Origin: Mobula hypostoma
Taxonomy: Eukaryota
Length of the DNA: 64,000 bases
Direction: 5' to 3'
Assembly (NCBI RefSeq): GCF_963921235.1
Contig: NC_086097.1
Coordinates: 47,494,001 to 47,558,000, forward strand
The translations under genes were made by a program, and so were the position numbers. The notes beneath the pieces are model-generated. The model had not been told where the DNA came from. It searched no databases and was given only the letters and a program-made list of their open reading frames with translations. Each line of letters begins with the position of its first letter. Position 1 is the first letter of the stretch. Of this stretch, positions 1 through 12,004 are shown one piece after another.

Positions 1-680
1 TACATTGGCGAGAGCTGACGCAGACTGGGAGATCGTTTCGCTGAACACCTACGCTCTGTCCGCCAGAGAAAGCAGGATCTCCCAGTGGCCACACATTTTA
101 ATTCCACGTCCCATTCCCATTCTGATATGTCTATCCACGGCCTCCTCTACTGTAAAGATGAAGCCACAATCAGGTTGGAGGAACAACACCTTGTATTCCG
201 TCTGGGTAGCCTCCAACCTGATGGCATGAACATTGACTTCTCAAACTTCCGCTAATGCCCCACCTCCCCCTCGTACCCCATCCGTTATTTATTTATTTAT
301 TTATATACACACATTCTTTTTCTCTCTCTGCTTTTTCTTCCTCTGTCCCTCTCACTATACCCCTTGCCCATCCTCTGGGCTCCCCTCCTCCCTTTTCTTT
401 CTCCCTCGGCCTCTTGTCCCACGATCCTCTCATATCCCTTTTGCCAATCTCTTGGCTCCATCCCTCCCCCTCCTGTCTTCTCCTATCATTTTGGATATCC
501 CCTCCCCCTCCCACTTTCAAATCTCTTACTAACTCTTCCTTCAGTTAGTCCTGACAAAGGGTCTCAGTCCGAAACGTCGACTGTGCCTCTTCCTAGAGAT
601 GCTGTCTGGCCTGCTGCATTCACCAGCAACTTATGTGTGTTGCTTGAAATTCCAGCATCTGCAGATTTCCTCGTGTTTGC
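1..680 (+). mobile_element. Penelope-like retroelement, 3' part (GIY-YIG endonuclease C-terminus plus 3' UTR), family A
   Basis: Frame +1 reads YIGES*RRLGDRFAEHLRSVRQRKQDLPVATHFNS...RLEEQHLVFRLGSLQPDGMNIDFSNFR* (stop 253-255), a GIY-YIG C-terminal half. A CT-rich UTR and hammerhead motif follow. A near-identical copy lies at 52801-53300 on the - strand. Confidence 0.85.
547..582 (+). ncRNA. Minimal type I hammerhead ribozyme motif (Penelope-associated), one core mutation
   Basis: AGTC-CTGACAA-A-GGGTCTCAGTCC-GAAA-CGTC-GACT: stem I AGTC/GACT, core CUGAnGA (here CUGACAA), short stem II, GAAA, palindromic ACGT in place of stem III, GUC cleavage triplet. Confidence 0.7.
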
Positions 681-1666
681 ATTTCAAAAATGGAATCTCG
701 GTTAATATTAGGTCCTGGTTTTTACTCCATTGCTTTGCGTGTTACATGTTCTCATTTTTGTACTAAAAATTGAGTAAGGGTTTCTGCTACCACATTTTCA
801 GAGAGCAAGTTTCAGAGACCTATCACTCTGAATTTTTCTTCTTCAATCCCCTTCTACAGTTGACTTAATTCTGTCGTTCGGTTTTTATTCTTTCTGTGAA
901 GGGAGGTTCGTCTTCTCACAGCTTATACTAACATATATTTAATTAAACCTTTCCTTGGATTTCTTTGTTTGAAAGAAAACAACCCTAGACCAATAGAACT
1001 ATACACAGTACTCTGCCCATGGCTGCGTCAACAATCCACAATGTTCTAACAGGACTGCCTTGTTTTCACATTTTCTGCTTTCCCTTATAAAGGCACGTAT
1101 TTGTTGTGCTGCTTCAATTACTATCCAAGAACATTTAGGAATCCTTCTGTTCATCTTTGCTGCCTGATATATTAAAATGCACAGTAATTGCAAAACTACT
1201 TGAATATGACTATATTTTATGGTTTGAAGTTCTCATTAATGATATTTTGGTGGATAATTTTAAATTCAGATATGCTTAGAATTTGTTGATGGGGTTATGT
1301 ATTTACAAGACAAATAAAATGAAGTATCAAGCTAAGATAACATGTATCCAAAAAGTTTGGCAGTTGAAATTTGCACTTATTTTACTTCAGAAAATTTTCT
1401 GATATTTCATATTCCTTTGCATAAAACAGTATTAATAAAGACCTTGCATAACTAAATTGAGTTTTGTATTTGAGAAGGAATAAATAAATATGGAGTATTC
1501 ATATTTTTAAATTTACCTCGATTCAGAAAATAGTTTTCTTTTGTATATGACACTATCAACTGCTGTATAATTCTTGTGTTGAGAAAGAAACCAATGTCTT
1601 AATGGTATGAAAAATGTGCAGAATATGTTTTGACTAATTATTGTCTTTCTCCTTTTGAATTCCCAG

Positions 1667-1684
1667 AAGAAATCCAGAGGCTAG
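1667..1684 (+). CDS. Candidate KLC1 alternative stop-containing mini-exon (KKSRG*)
   Basis: Branch-like TGACTAAT (1631), pyrimidine tract and CAG acceptor (AG 1665-1666), then AAG AAA TCC AGA GGC TAG in phase 0, the same phase as the other KLC1 tail exons. No homology recognised. Confidence 0.3.
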   Translation, partial: KKSRG

Positions 1685-2178
1685 AGGTTTATCTTTTTGT
1701 AAATTTGTACTTTTGTTGGTACTGTGTACTGTACAGCTCTTTATTTATCTTTTATTTGGCTTGCTCACTTTTTATGATCAGTAAATAATCAGGTTGATAT
1801 ATGTTTTATGTATGAGTTTAAAGTGTTTTTCTCGTGCAATTTTGTATTTTCATGTGTACTGCTGACACTATTTCTGGGTCATTCTTCCACTTTGGCGTTT
1901 AGAAATAACTTTCAGAATGAGGTTGTTTTATTTTTAATAATTCAGTCTAACTATGAAATTGACCAATCCTATTCATAATTTTCAAAATTTGGTTCATTTT
2001 CTCATTGGCTTCTTGCTTTTTACTTTATGATTGCATATTTTTAATTTGAGGAAATACAAAGTTTTTAGTTTCTGCATAACTGTACCAACATGAACTGCAT
2101 GTTTTCATTTTGAACATCGCTCTGATAATGTCATTCAAAAAATATATAACTGACAAACTATTATTGTATAAAAGTAAT

Positions 2179-2875
2179 ATCGAGCAGTAGTAAATCAAGG
2201 CAACTGGACTTGCTGTGTTGTCTAGAAGACATTTCGCCACTCATCCTAAAGGCTTCTTCAGTTCTAATCCATGGTGGGCAGTTTAACGGTTTATAAACTG
2301 AGTTGTTTAAAAGAATAGCTGTCACATGAGGGTCATTAAGTGTCGTAGAGGTAATGAGAGGGTCATTAGTCGTGTCTTTGGATGAATGGGGGTGTGAACT
2401 GTTATGGAGACACTGGGGTAGAGATGTTAGGACTGCATTATAAGTAGCTGATAGGTGGTGTCATACCCCACCCCCTCTGTTCAGGAATGGGTTTTCTAGT
2501 TTGACAAAGATGGCTTCTTTAACCTCTGTTTCAAACCACTAGTCCTCCCTGTCCAAAATGTGCAGAGGCGGTGGGATATGACACCACTTTTGCAGTCCTA
2601 ACGTCTCAGTCCTGGTGTTCCCACAATGATTGACACCTCCATTCATGCAAAGATAAGACTAATGACCCTCTCGATACCTCTACAACTCTTAATGTCCCTT
2701 ATGTGATTGTTATACCTTTAAACCACTCAGTGTTTATAAACCGGAAAACTACCCACCATGGACTAGAACTGAGAAAGCCTCTTGGACGAATGGTGAAACT
2801 TCTAGACAATACAGCAAGTCCAGTTGCCTTGATTTACTACTGCTTGATATACCAATGACCTAGATGATAGATGTG
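2179..2875 (-). mobile_element. Penelope-like element (family B) with inverted 3'-end duplication
   Basis: Arms ~2179-2480 and ~2563-2850 are reverse complements. The - strand encodes HILDRED*WFETEVKEAIFVKLENPFLNRGGGV*HHLSATYNAVLTSLP (GIY-YIG C-terminus). Flanked by direct repeat TAAAAGTAAT (2169-2178, 2876-2885). Confidence 0.8.
2224..2265 (-). ncRNA. Minimal hammerhead ribozyme motif (Penelope family B)
   Basis: - strand AGAA-CTGAAGA-A-GCC(TTTAGGATGAGT)GGC-GAAA-TGTC-TTCT: stem I AGAA/TTCT, intact CUGAAGA and GAAA, GUC triplet. A degraded mirror copy lies at 2765-2803 (+). Confidence 0.7.
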
Positions 2876-3379
2876 TAAAAGTAATCTTTATTACTTTATA
2901 GTAAATAAAGATTACTAACAGTGATATTCTCACCTTAAGAGATAATAAAATGATTTAAAAAATTTATAAACTTTTGAAATTCTCCACTGAATTACTTGCT
3001 TAAAATAGCTTAAAGGATTCGAATTATTATCACTTCTAGTTGAGATTTTATGTTAGCAGCAATGCGATATACTTAATCGTCTATTTTTTTAAAAAGTCTA
3101 CAAAATTCTGGCATGAATCTTGCCCTTGCTTTCCGTGTTGGTCCTAAAACTTGAGAACAGTGATGGTGTCAAGATGACTTGGCTGTCCATCTCACACTGA
3201 AGGATTCTTGCAGAGAAAATTAGGAAGTAATAAAAAAAAATTGACCATCACTTTACAGAGTACAAAAGAATGGAATATTATATTCATGAGATTGAGATAT
3301 AAATTAAAGTCAAAGCTTTTTTTAAGAACAGTACTTGTGCTATTTTAGTAACTTGCATCTTGAAATATTTGTTTCTTCC

Positions 3380-4742
3380 TCTACTACATTGACGGTGCTT
3401 CATGCACCCACGCTGAGCTTCTCAGTTTTATCAACTTTGACTATAACTTCCACCCTGCCCTTAAACTCACTTGGTCCATCTCTGACATCTTCCTCCCCTT
3501 TCTTGATCTTTCTGTCTCCATCTCTGGAGACAATCTATCAATCAACATCTTTTGCAAACCTACTGATCCCCATGGTTATCTTGACTATACCTCTTCCCAC
3601 CCTTTTTCCTGTAAAAATGCTATTCCCTTTTCTCAGTTTCTTCACCTCTGCTGCATCTGCTCCCAGGACACAGCTTTCCGTTCCAGGACATCAGAGATGT
3701 CCTCCTCTAAAGAACAGGGTTTTCCTCGCTCTACTGTTGATGCTGCCCTTGCCCGCATCTGCGCTCACTCCATCTTCCTTCTGCCTTAATAGTGATAGAG
3801 TCTCTCTAGTCCCGACCTACTACCGCATCTGCTTCCACAGCCAACAGATTTTCCTCCGCAACTTCTGCCACCTCCAAAGGGATCCTACTACTACTCCCCC
3901 CCCCCCCCCGGCTTTCCACAGGCGTCACTCCCTCCACAATTCTCTTGTCCATTTGTCGTCCCCTAACCTACCTCCAGACACTTATCCCTGCAAGCAGCCT
4001 AAGTGCTACACTTATCCATACACCCTCTCCCTCACCTCCATCAGGGCCCCAAACAGTACTTCCAGGTGAGGCAACACTTCAACATCATCTATTATGTCTG
4101 GTGCTCTCGATGCCACCTCCTCTACTTGGTGAGACCTGTCATAAATTGGGTGACCACTTTGTTGAGCACCTCAGCACCATCCACCATAAGTGGGACTTCC
4201 CAGTGGCCAGACATTTTAATTCTGATTTTCGTTCTGACATGTCAGTCCAACTCCTCCTATTATGCCAAGATGAGGCCACTTTCAGGGTGGAGGAGCAACA
4301 CCTTGTATTCCATCCAGGTACTCTCCAACCTGATGGCATGATATCAATTTCTCTTTCTGGTAAACAAGTTCCCCCCTCCCCCCTCTATTCCCCACTCTGA
4401 CCTTTTGTAGTACTACTTTTCCCCTGCCTCTTACTTCCCCCAGGTCCCTGCCCCCTTTCCTTTTCTCTTATGGTGCACTCTCTTCTCCAGTCAGATTCTT
4501 TCTTCTAAGACTTTGCTCTTTTCCACCCATCTGGCTTCACATATCACCTTTCAGCTAGCTTCTTTCCCCTTGCCCCACCTTTTTATTCTGGTGTCTTCCC
4601 CCTTCTCAGTCCTGAAGAAGGATCTCGGTCCAAAATTTTGACTATTTATTCTTTTCCTTAGATGCTGCCTGACCTGTTGAGTTCCTCCAGCGTTTTGTGT
4701 ATGTTGCTTTGGATTTTCCAGCATTTGCAGACTTTTTTGTGT
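3380..4742 (+). mobile_element. Decayed Penelope-like element (RT C-terminus, GIY-YIG, UTR)
   Basis: Frameshifted pieces such as LPFLDLSVSISGD, LGDHFVEHL and RVEEQHLVFHPGTLQPDGM; degenerate hammerhead CTGAAGAAGGATCTCGGTCCAAAA near 4612; GATGCTGCCTGACCTG tail. Confidence 0.8.
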
Positions 4743-4880
4743 TATTTATAAAGGAATTACCATCAGACATCAAGAGATAGTGTGGAAGCTGTAGTAAAAC
4801 AAAGATAGCCTGAGGCAACTGTAGTCAAGGAAAACCTTTTAAAGTGACGTCGCGAGAGACAGATGAGATAACAGAAGGAT

Positions 4881-5715
4881 GTCAAGTCAAGTCGCTTTTT
4901 ATTGTCAATTTGACCATAAACTGCTGATACAGTACACAGTAAAAACAAAACAATGTTCCTCCAGGACCATGGTGCTACATGAAACAACACAAAACTACAC
5001 TGGACTAAGTGAGACAGCACAAGGTTACACTAGACTACGTAAGACAACATAAAAACTACAGTAGACTACAGACCTACACAGGACTACATAAAATGCACAA
5101 AACAGTGCAGGGCAGTACAATAAATAATAAACAAGACAATAGGCACAGTAGAGGACAAATTACAATATAATGATAAATGATGTAGATGTCAGTCTAGACT
5201 CTGAGTGTTCAGGAGTCTGATGGCTTGGGGGAAGAAACTGTTGCACAATCTGGTCGTGAGAGCCGAATGTTTTGGTACCTTTTGCCAGATGGCAGGAGGG
5301 AGAAGAGTTTGTATGAGGGGTGCGTGGGGTCCTTCACAATGCTGTTGGCTTTACGGGTGCAGCGTGTGGTGTAAATGTCTAATGGCGGGAAGAGAGACCC
5401 TGATGATCTTCTCAGCTGACCTCACTGTCTGCTGCAGGGCCTTGCGATCTGAGACGGTGCAATTCCCGAATCTGGCAGTGATGCAGCTGCTCAGGATGCT
5501 CTCGATACATCCTCTGTAGAATTTGGTGAGGTTGGGGGGTGGGAGATGGACTTTTCTCAGCCTTCACAGAAAGTACAGACGCTGCTGGGCTTTCTTGGCT
5601 ATGGAGCTGGTGTTGAGGGACCAGGTGAGATTCTCCGCCAGGTGAACACCAAGAAATTTGGTGATCTTAACAATCTCAACAGAGGAGCTGTCAATGTTCA
5701 GCGGAGAGTGGAACA
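4881..5715 (-). mobile_element. Rex1/Babar-type LINE, 5'-truncated 3' end
   Basis: - strand encodes FLGVHLAENLTWSLNTSSIAKKAQQRLYFL...IESILSSCITARFGNC and ends in AATAAA plus a (GACTT)n tail. Confidence 0.75.
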
Positions 5716-6274
5716 TACCCGATAACTAAGGCTCTGTTGTCTTACTAACTTCAAAACTGTGCTCGAAGTTTTGATTAACTTTGAACACCTTTATTGTCCT
5801 TATTAACTTCAAAATATCATGGGCTGTCTGCTTGGAGTTTTGATTGATTTTAACATCTCTGTTGTGAATGGTAATTGATGTTGTGAGTAAGGAATTCAAA
5901 CATATATAGTTTGATCAATATTCGTAACTGATAAGCCAATTAAGTATAAGAAAAACTCTTTTCTGTTCAGATTGGGCGACGGGCCCATGCTATCCTTGTG
6001 CACAAGTAAATACATCTTTTCATTGAGTTGTAAAGATGTATATGTTCTGGGCCCAGTTATTTTATTGTTGGCTAATGAGAGTTACTTTGGTTACGAAGAT
6101 TTCTCAACAGTAATTGTGGTTAAAATGCCCAGTATAGCAATGACAAGGAGTTGCATTTTAAGGCTGTTTTAAAGCAGGAATTGTTTGCAACTGCCTGGTT
6201 TTCTGTTTCTGGTGATTATGCTGTAGAAGCTTGTTACTAATTTCCAATGGTTATGCTGGAGAAAGCCTACAAAT

Positions 6275-6620
6275 AACACAAGACACGAGAGACTGCAGAT
6301 GCTGGGATCTAGAACAACAAGCTGCTGGAGGAATTCAGTGGGTCGAGCAGCATCTTTTCTGGGTGGGGATGGAAGTTAAATTATCAACACTTCAGATTGA
6401 GACCCTGCAATGAGACTGAGCGTGTAAAGAGAAGACAGCCAGTTAAAGAGGAGAATGGTATGGGTGAGATGGGACAGTAGGTGATTGGTGGACCAAGGAC
6501 AGGTGGAGGATGACAGGCAGATTGAGTTGGGTGGGAATGGGCTGCAGATGAGAGACATGGCAGATGGTGATAGGTAGAAACAGGCAAAAATAGAGAAAGG
6601 GCTGATGGACCCAGGGTGAA
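6275..6620 (-). repeat. Penelope-derived non-autonomous tail fragment
   Basis: CTGCAGATGCTGG...GCTGGAGGAATTCAG...GCAGCATC motif shared with the family A 3' end, followed by a GA-rich tract. Similar remnants occur near 8575, 29195, 32310, 45465, 49880, 50270 and 62175. Confidence 0.6.
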
Positions 6621-7424
6621 GGTGGAGACAATCGCCTTTGTATTCCCCCATTATCCTCTCCAATTGTAAAATCTATTAATTTGGCCCAATGATTATTCTA
6701 AATACAGAAACACCTCTCAGTTTAAAAAAGTCATCAGAAGTGAATCTTGTCAAGAAAAATGAAAATGGTGTTAATTTGGGAATAACACGAAAACCTAAAA
6801 ACCCTTGTATTAAAGATTCAAGAAGTAAAGACAAGAATGTAATGCTTCCCTCTAGCACACTCATTGGGAATGAAAGTCTTCATGACAACATTCTTATCCC
6901 AAGTTGGACTTGGATGTTCCCTAAATGCATGCATTAAGACTTGGGGGCATCAGCTGCTTTTTTGCCTTTTGCTGAAGATATTTTTGGATGTTAATAGCTG
7001 TTTGAAAACATCAGTATTGTTACTAATGTACCTTAACTAGTCACCTTTTATTAACAACTGAGATAATATCACATATATGCAAGTTTGTCAGTGACTTGAA
7101 CATCAATGTCACTGTGAGCCATATAAATGGAAATATAAAATTACAAAGATTTTAAATTGATCAAAGCACTTGAATTTAATTCCCTATTTGTTATGTTGGA
7201 ATTCAAGATCTTGTCTGAATCAGTGGCCCAAATTTTTGCCTGGTAATTGGTAATTTAATCACCACGTTACCTTGTCACTAAAATATTGATAAATGTCAAC
7301 TTTTCCTCTATGCTTGTGGAGTAAGCCATGCAAGTCAAATGTGAGAAACCATAAAGAGATATTAGTGTTCCGCTGTCTCAACTTTTTTGTTACCTTCAAC
7401 AGAATCTTCAGAAATGGCAATGTT

Positions 7425-8535
7425 ATGGTAGTCATTGGGGAATTTCAGTATGCAGTTAAATTGAGAAAATCAGGTTGGTGGAGGATCCTAAGAGAAAAAT
7501 TTGTAGAATGCTAACAAGATGGCTTTTTAGAGCAGCGTGTGGTTGAGCCCTCTAAGGGAAGGATATTACTGGATTGGATGTTGTGTAATGAACCAGGTTT
7601 GATTATGGAGCCTAAGGTAAAGGAACCCTTAGAAGACAGTGATCATAATATAGAATTCACCCTGTAGTTTGAATAGGAGAAAGTAAAATCAGATATATCA
7701 GTATTACAGTGGAGTAAAGGGGATTAGAGGCATTCACGGAGCTAGCCATTGTTGAATGGAAGGAGACACTAGCAGAGATGATGCCAGAACAGCAATGGCT
7801 GGAGTTTCGGGGAGTAATTCAGAATATGATGGATAGATACATCCCAAAGAAGTAGCAGCATTCTAACAGAGGATGAGGCAACCATGGTTGACAAGAAAAG
7901 TCAAAGACAGCATATAAGCAAAAAGAGAGAGGGTATATAATATAGCAAAACTTAGTGAGAAGTGAAAGGATTGGGAAACTTTTGAAAACCAACAGAAAGC
8001 AACTAAGAAGTCAATAAAGAGAGAAAAGGTGAAATATGAAGGTAAGTTAGCCAATAATATAAAATGGGATACAATTTTTTTTCCCTTATATAAATGTTAA
8101 AAGAGTGAGAGTGGATATTGGACTGCTGGGAATTGACACTGGAGAGGTAGTAATAGGGGACAAAGGAATGGTGGATGAACTGAATAAGTACTTTGCCTCA
8201 AACTTCACTGTGGAAGACACTAGCAGTATGCCAGAAAATCGAGAGTGTAAGAGGGCAGAAGTGAGTGTAGTTACTAATACTGTTTGGGAACTTGAAAGGT
8301 CTAAAGGTTGATAAGTCACCTGGACCAGATAGACTGCATCCATGGGTTCTGAAGGTGGTAGCTGAAGAGATTGTGGAGACATTATTATGGATGAGGTTTC
8401 GGGGTACTTGGAGGCATATGATAAAATAGGGCGAAGTCAGCATGGTTTCCTTGAGAGGAAATCTTGCTTGACAAATCTGTTGGAATTTTTTGAGGAAATA
8501 ACGTGCAGGATAGACAAAGGAGAGTCAGTGGACAT
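7425..8535 (+). mobile_element. CR1 LINE ORF2 fragment (endonuclease end, linker, start of RT), decayed
   Basis: Motifs DSDHNIEF, DELNKYFASNFTVED, DKSPGPD, SQHGF..KSCLTNLLEFFEEIT with stops and deletions. Confidence 0.85.
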
Positions 8536-10182
8536 GTCTGAAATGATTCTTTATTGAATATTTATTGTTGAAGGGCAGCAGTTTGTAGAAACTAGCCAGT
8601 TAAACAGCATCTGTGGACGGAAAAGCCAGTTACTGCTTTAGGTTGAAGACCCTTCATCGTTTCTGCTTTTCTGCGCCCATATTGCTTGAATGGCTGAGTT
8701 CTTCAGCATTGCTATTTTGTTTCAGGTTCCACCATCTACAGTTTTGTTGCCCCAGTGGTTGATAGAAGAATTGTGGATATGAAATTATCTTTCAATGAAT
8801 GAGTTGATGATGTATTGTTCAGCCTTTAGGCGTGTACAAATTCATGCATTGCTTATATACTGCAGCTCAACTACTGCGATGAGGTAACTTTCATTCTTGA
8901 GTGTAGACATCAGTTTGAACATTTTCCCATTTGTTGTGAAGGTTAGCTAAATTCCTGCAGGAACTTTACTGAAGGTGGGAGTGCAGGAATACCATGAGAG
9001 TGAAAAAAGTGCAGGCAATAAGAGCCTTGCTTAACTCTATTCTTCACTATTGGAAAAAAGTAGTCACCTTGTATCTAATTCAAATTGGATTGTAAATTCT
9101 GGTCTTCCCTAACTAAAATTAGTAGCTGAAACAATGCCAATATAATCTATTCCTTTCACCTTAAACCTAGATGCTTCAGAGAGGAAATTAATCTGGTGGT
9201 CTTCATCAGCATAATTTTCCAAAGCTTTAATATTGCTCACTGTAGAAAAACACAATATGAATAGATGAACAGAACAAATGGAAATCTATAATTTGTAAAG
9301 TTTAATTATTTTCCTTTTTGTGAATTGCTCCACAAATGCATCCTGAATGTGCTTAATATGGTTTGCTGTATGATGTTTACTCTTTGTTGGTGCTGCTTTT
9401 TGCATTTTTAACTATCATTTTTCAGAGATGTGCACTCTTGAACTTCCAGATGTGTTCTCAGCTTTTGATGCTTTCAGTTTGCCTGTCTGTCTGCAGTGTG
9501 TCCCTCTTGTCAGCCTCTACTCACCCTCCATCTGGTTTTCCCATGCCAACATCATCTCTCCATCTACTTTTACACACTTCATGACCACCGTTCTCCTGCA
9601 CCCTCCTCACTTTTGTTTGTCCTCCGTTTGCCTTTTCCTGTGAGACTTGGTATGAGAATGAGATGAGAAAGTTATCCACATTGATGCAGCTCTCTTAACC
9701 AACATCACAAATTAGATTTAAATGACCGTCACATTATTGTTTGTAAGTTGTTGCAGTGTTAAAAATGGCTACCACATAATTGTGACTGCACTTCAAGTCC
9801 TGTAGTTGCAAACATTTTGACAAATGGTCTGAAATGAAAGGAATATTGTCCCTTCTTCGACCTCCTGTCTCCTCACATTGCTTTCCTGGCTCTTGAATGC
9901 CTTCTCAACATGCTACTGGCTGACATTGCCTCCCCGTTTCTATTTCTAAATGTTATTCTTTGCCTTCTCCCTGCCTACAGTTTCAAGCTTTATATTATTA
10001 GTAGTAAATCAATTTTATAATTGGTCTATACTGTATAAGCAAAGATGTTGTATTTTTAAAGTGGTGAGCAGATAGCTTGACCTAGAAATACTGTTCATAT
10101 AATCTTAAATGAAACTGTTGAAGGTTTTGCAACAGTTTTGACTTGTCTTTTTTTTCCCTCTTCTCTTTTTTTTGTCTGACAG

Positions 10183-10188
10183 GCGTAG
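10183..10188 (+). CDS. KLC1: KLC1 alternative terminal exon, coding part Ala-stop (short C-terminal isoform)
   Basis: ~35-nt pyrimidine tract and ACAG acceptor (AG 10181-10182), then GCG TAG. Matches my recollection of mammalian short KLC1 isoforms ending in a single Ala from a GCNTAG exon. UTR-like sequence follows to AATAAA at 10806. Confidence 0.6.
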   Translation, partial: A

Positions 10189-10805
10189 ATACCTTTTGTG
10201 ATACTAACTCTGTCTCCGGTTTGAATGGCATGTACCATCTTCAAGCTTTTAACACCTCTGTGCACTACTGCAATTTATAACTTTGACCAAGCTACACTTT
10301 GTTTATATAGAACTTTTTAAAGCCTGTTGTATTTCTGCAGATGATGAGCTTGCTGTATTTTTATTATGTCCTGTCTGAAACTCTGTTTATTACTACAATT
10401 CACTGACAAGAATATTATTATAGAGGGCCTATACTTCAGAATTAGAATACCTATCTTAAACTAAGCTAATTAATTTTATTAAATCACCTGTTCATTGGTT
10501 ATTAGGCTTCTGTCATTTTCATTTGGTATTTCATGTAACTACAAGATAGGTTTATTGATTTACCTTGTGAAATGACTGCTTTGAAATGAGAAAACTATTA
10601 AAAAGCATGAATGTGTACAGATAAGAATTTCTTTAAATATAAGCATGTTCTTCCATGTGCTCATTTAACTCTTGTGGTCTATATTAGAACAATCTTATTG
10701 ATGGGTGCTTTTTTAATTCTGGGTGAACTGTGTATAATACTTAGAGCATAATGTTAATTGCTTTCTGTTGCCTAGAGGTGTGTAATTGTTTCTTTTCTAA
10801 CTCTA

Positions 10806-10811
10806 AATAAA
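10806..10811 (+). terminator. Candidate polyadenylation signal of the short KLC1 isoform
   Basis: AATAAA followed about 20-40 nt later by a U/GU-rich tract (TGTTTTTTGCCTCTG), ~620 nt after the Ala-stop exon start. Confidence 0.4.
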
Positions 10812-12004
10812 CTAACTCAATATCTAACTAATGTTTTTTGCCTCTGATCTGCTTTGTAATGCTTCAATTTCTTCTGCAATTTTAAGTATTTTTAATGATG
10901 CACCTCACAGTTTTACAGTACCCCCCCAACCAGAAAGGATACCTTCAATATTATGATTTTTTTTTTCTTATGTGCTGTATCATATACCTAAAATATACTA
11001 TATGTACAAAATTTGTTGTGGTTTCCAAGTTTGAAACAGTGAATTTGCTCCCCATGGAAAAGTGTGAAGCCTATTTTGCAATCAGCATTAGCAAATACTA
11101 CGTTGCATCTACTTTTCAGAAAAGGACAATTTAGCATTTCTTCTCCACGCAAACCTGTCTTATCTATCAACATTTTTCTGTTTCATATTCTTCTAAAATG
11201 CATTTTTCACCTAAGTAACTAGTTCCACATTCAAGTCACTAGGTGAAGAATTTCTTTTTAATTCATACTGAATTTATGATATTTTCTATGTTAGTAATTT
11301 GGTACTGATTCAAGTAGAAATTTCTTTGCAACAATCCTTTTGAACCCCTTTTCTCCAGGAAAAAGTTTCTGATAGCTACAATCTTGTCATAAATGCAAAT
11401 TACTTTTTGAATTTTGGAAGCTTTATATAATTTGGAGACCAGAAATGTACAGTGTTAAAAATCATGATTAAAAATAGATTAGTAGAATGAAATTTTAAAA
11501 AGTTGAAAGTACTGTTCAAGAAGTCTTGATATGTTAATAAATATGCATTACCAGACAAAATCTAAGTATGAGCTTGCATTTGAAAAACAAATTGTAAAAA
11601 TTGAGAACTATTTATACCACAAAATTTAGATGTGTACCTCTTTATACCTCTGGTCGTAACTAATCTGCAACCGGAAAATATACAGTAGTCATTGTGCGTA
11701 TTTCTTGAATTGCAAAAATAGTTATACCTCAGTGCATTATATCATATTCTTTACAGTTGATTCTATCATTGAAAGGGAACAAAAAAAAGGGTGTTTAGTT
11801 GAAAATGGGTGCTTCAGCTGGAAAAAAACTCAGTAAGAACTTCATTGGTATCAGGTTGATTATATCTATAAGTGATGTAAAGTTATGTAATTGTCCAGTT
11901 GGTAATTGGTTTATTATCACATGAGCTGAGATATGGGAAAAGCTTTGTTTGCATGTCATGTAGACAGATGATCTCATACGCAAGTATATAAAGGCAGTAT
12001 AGTG

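Noticed and set aside
3335..4400. 244-aa and 151-aa ORFs as host genes
   Set aside because: Frameshifted, partly out-of-frame readings of a decayed Penelope element.
6689..6937. 82-aa K/N-rich ORF as a KLC1 exon
   Set aside because: No resemblance to KLC1 and no convincing splice sites.
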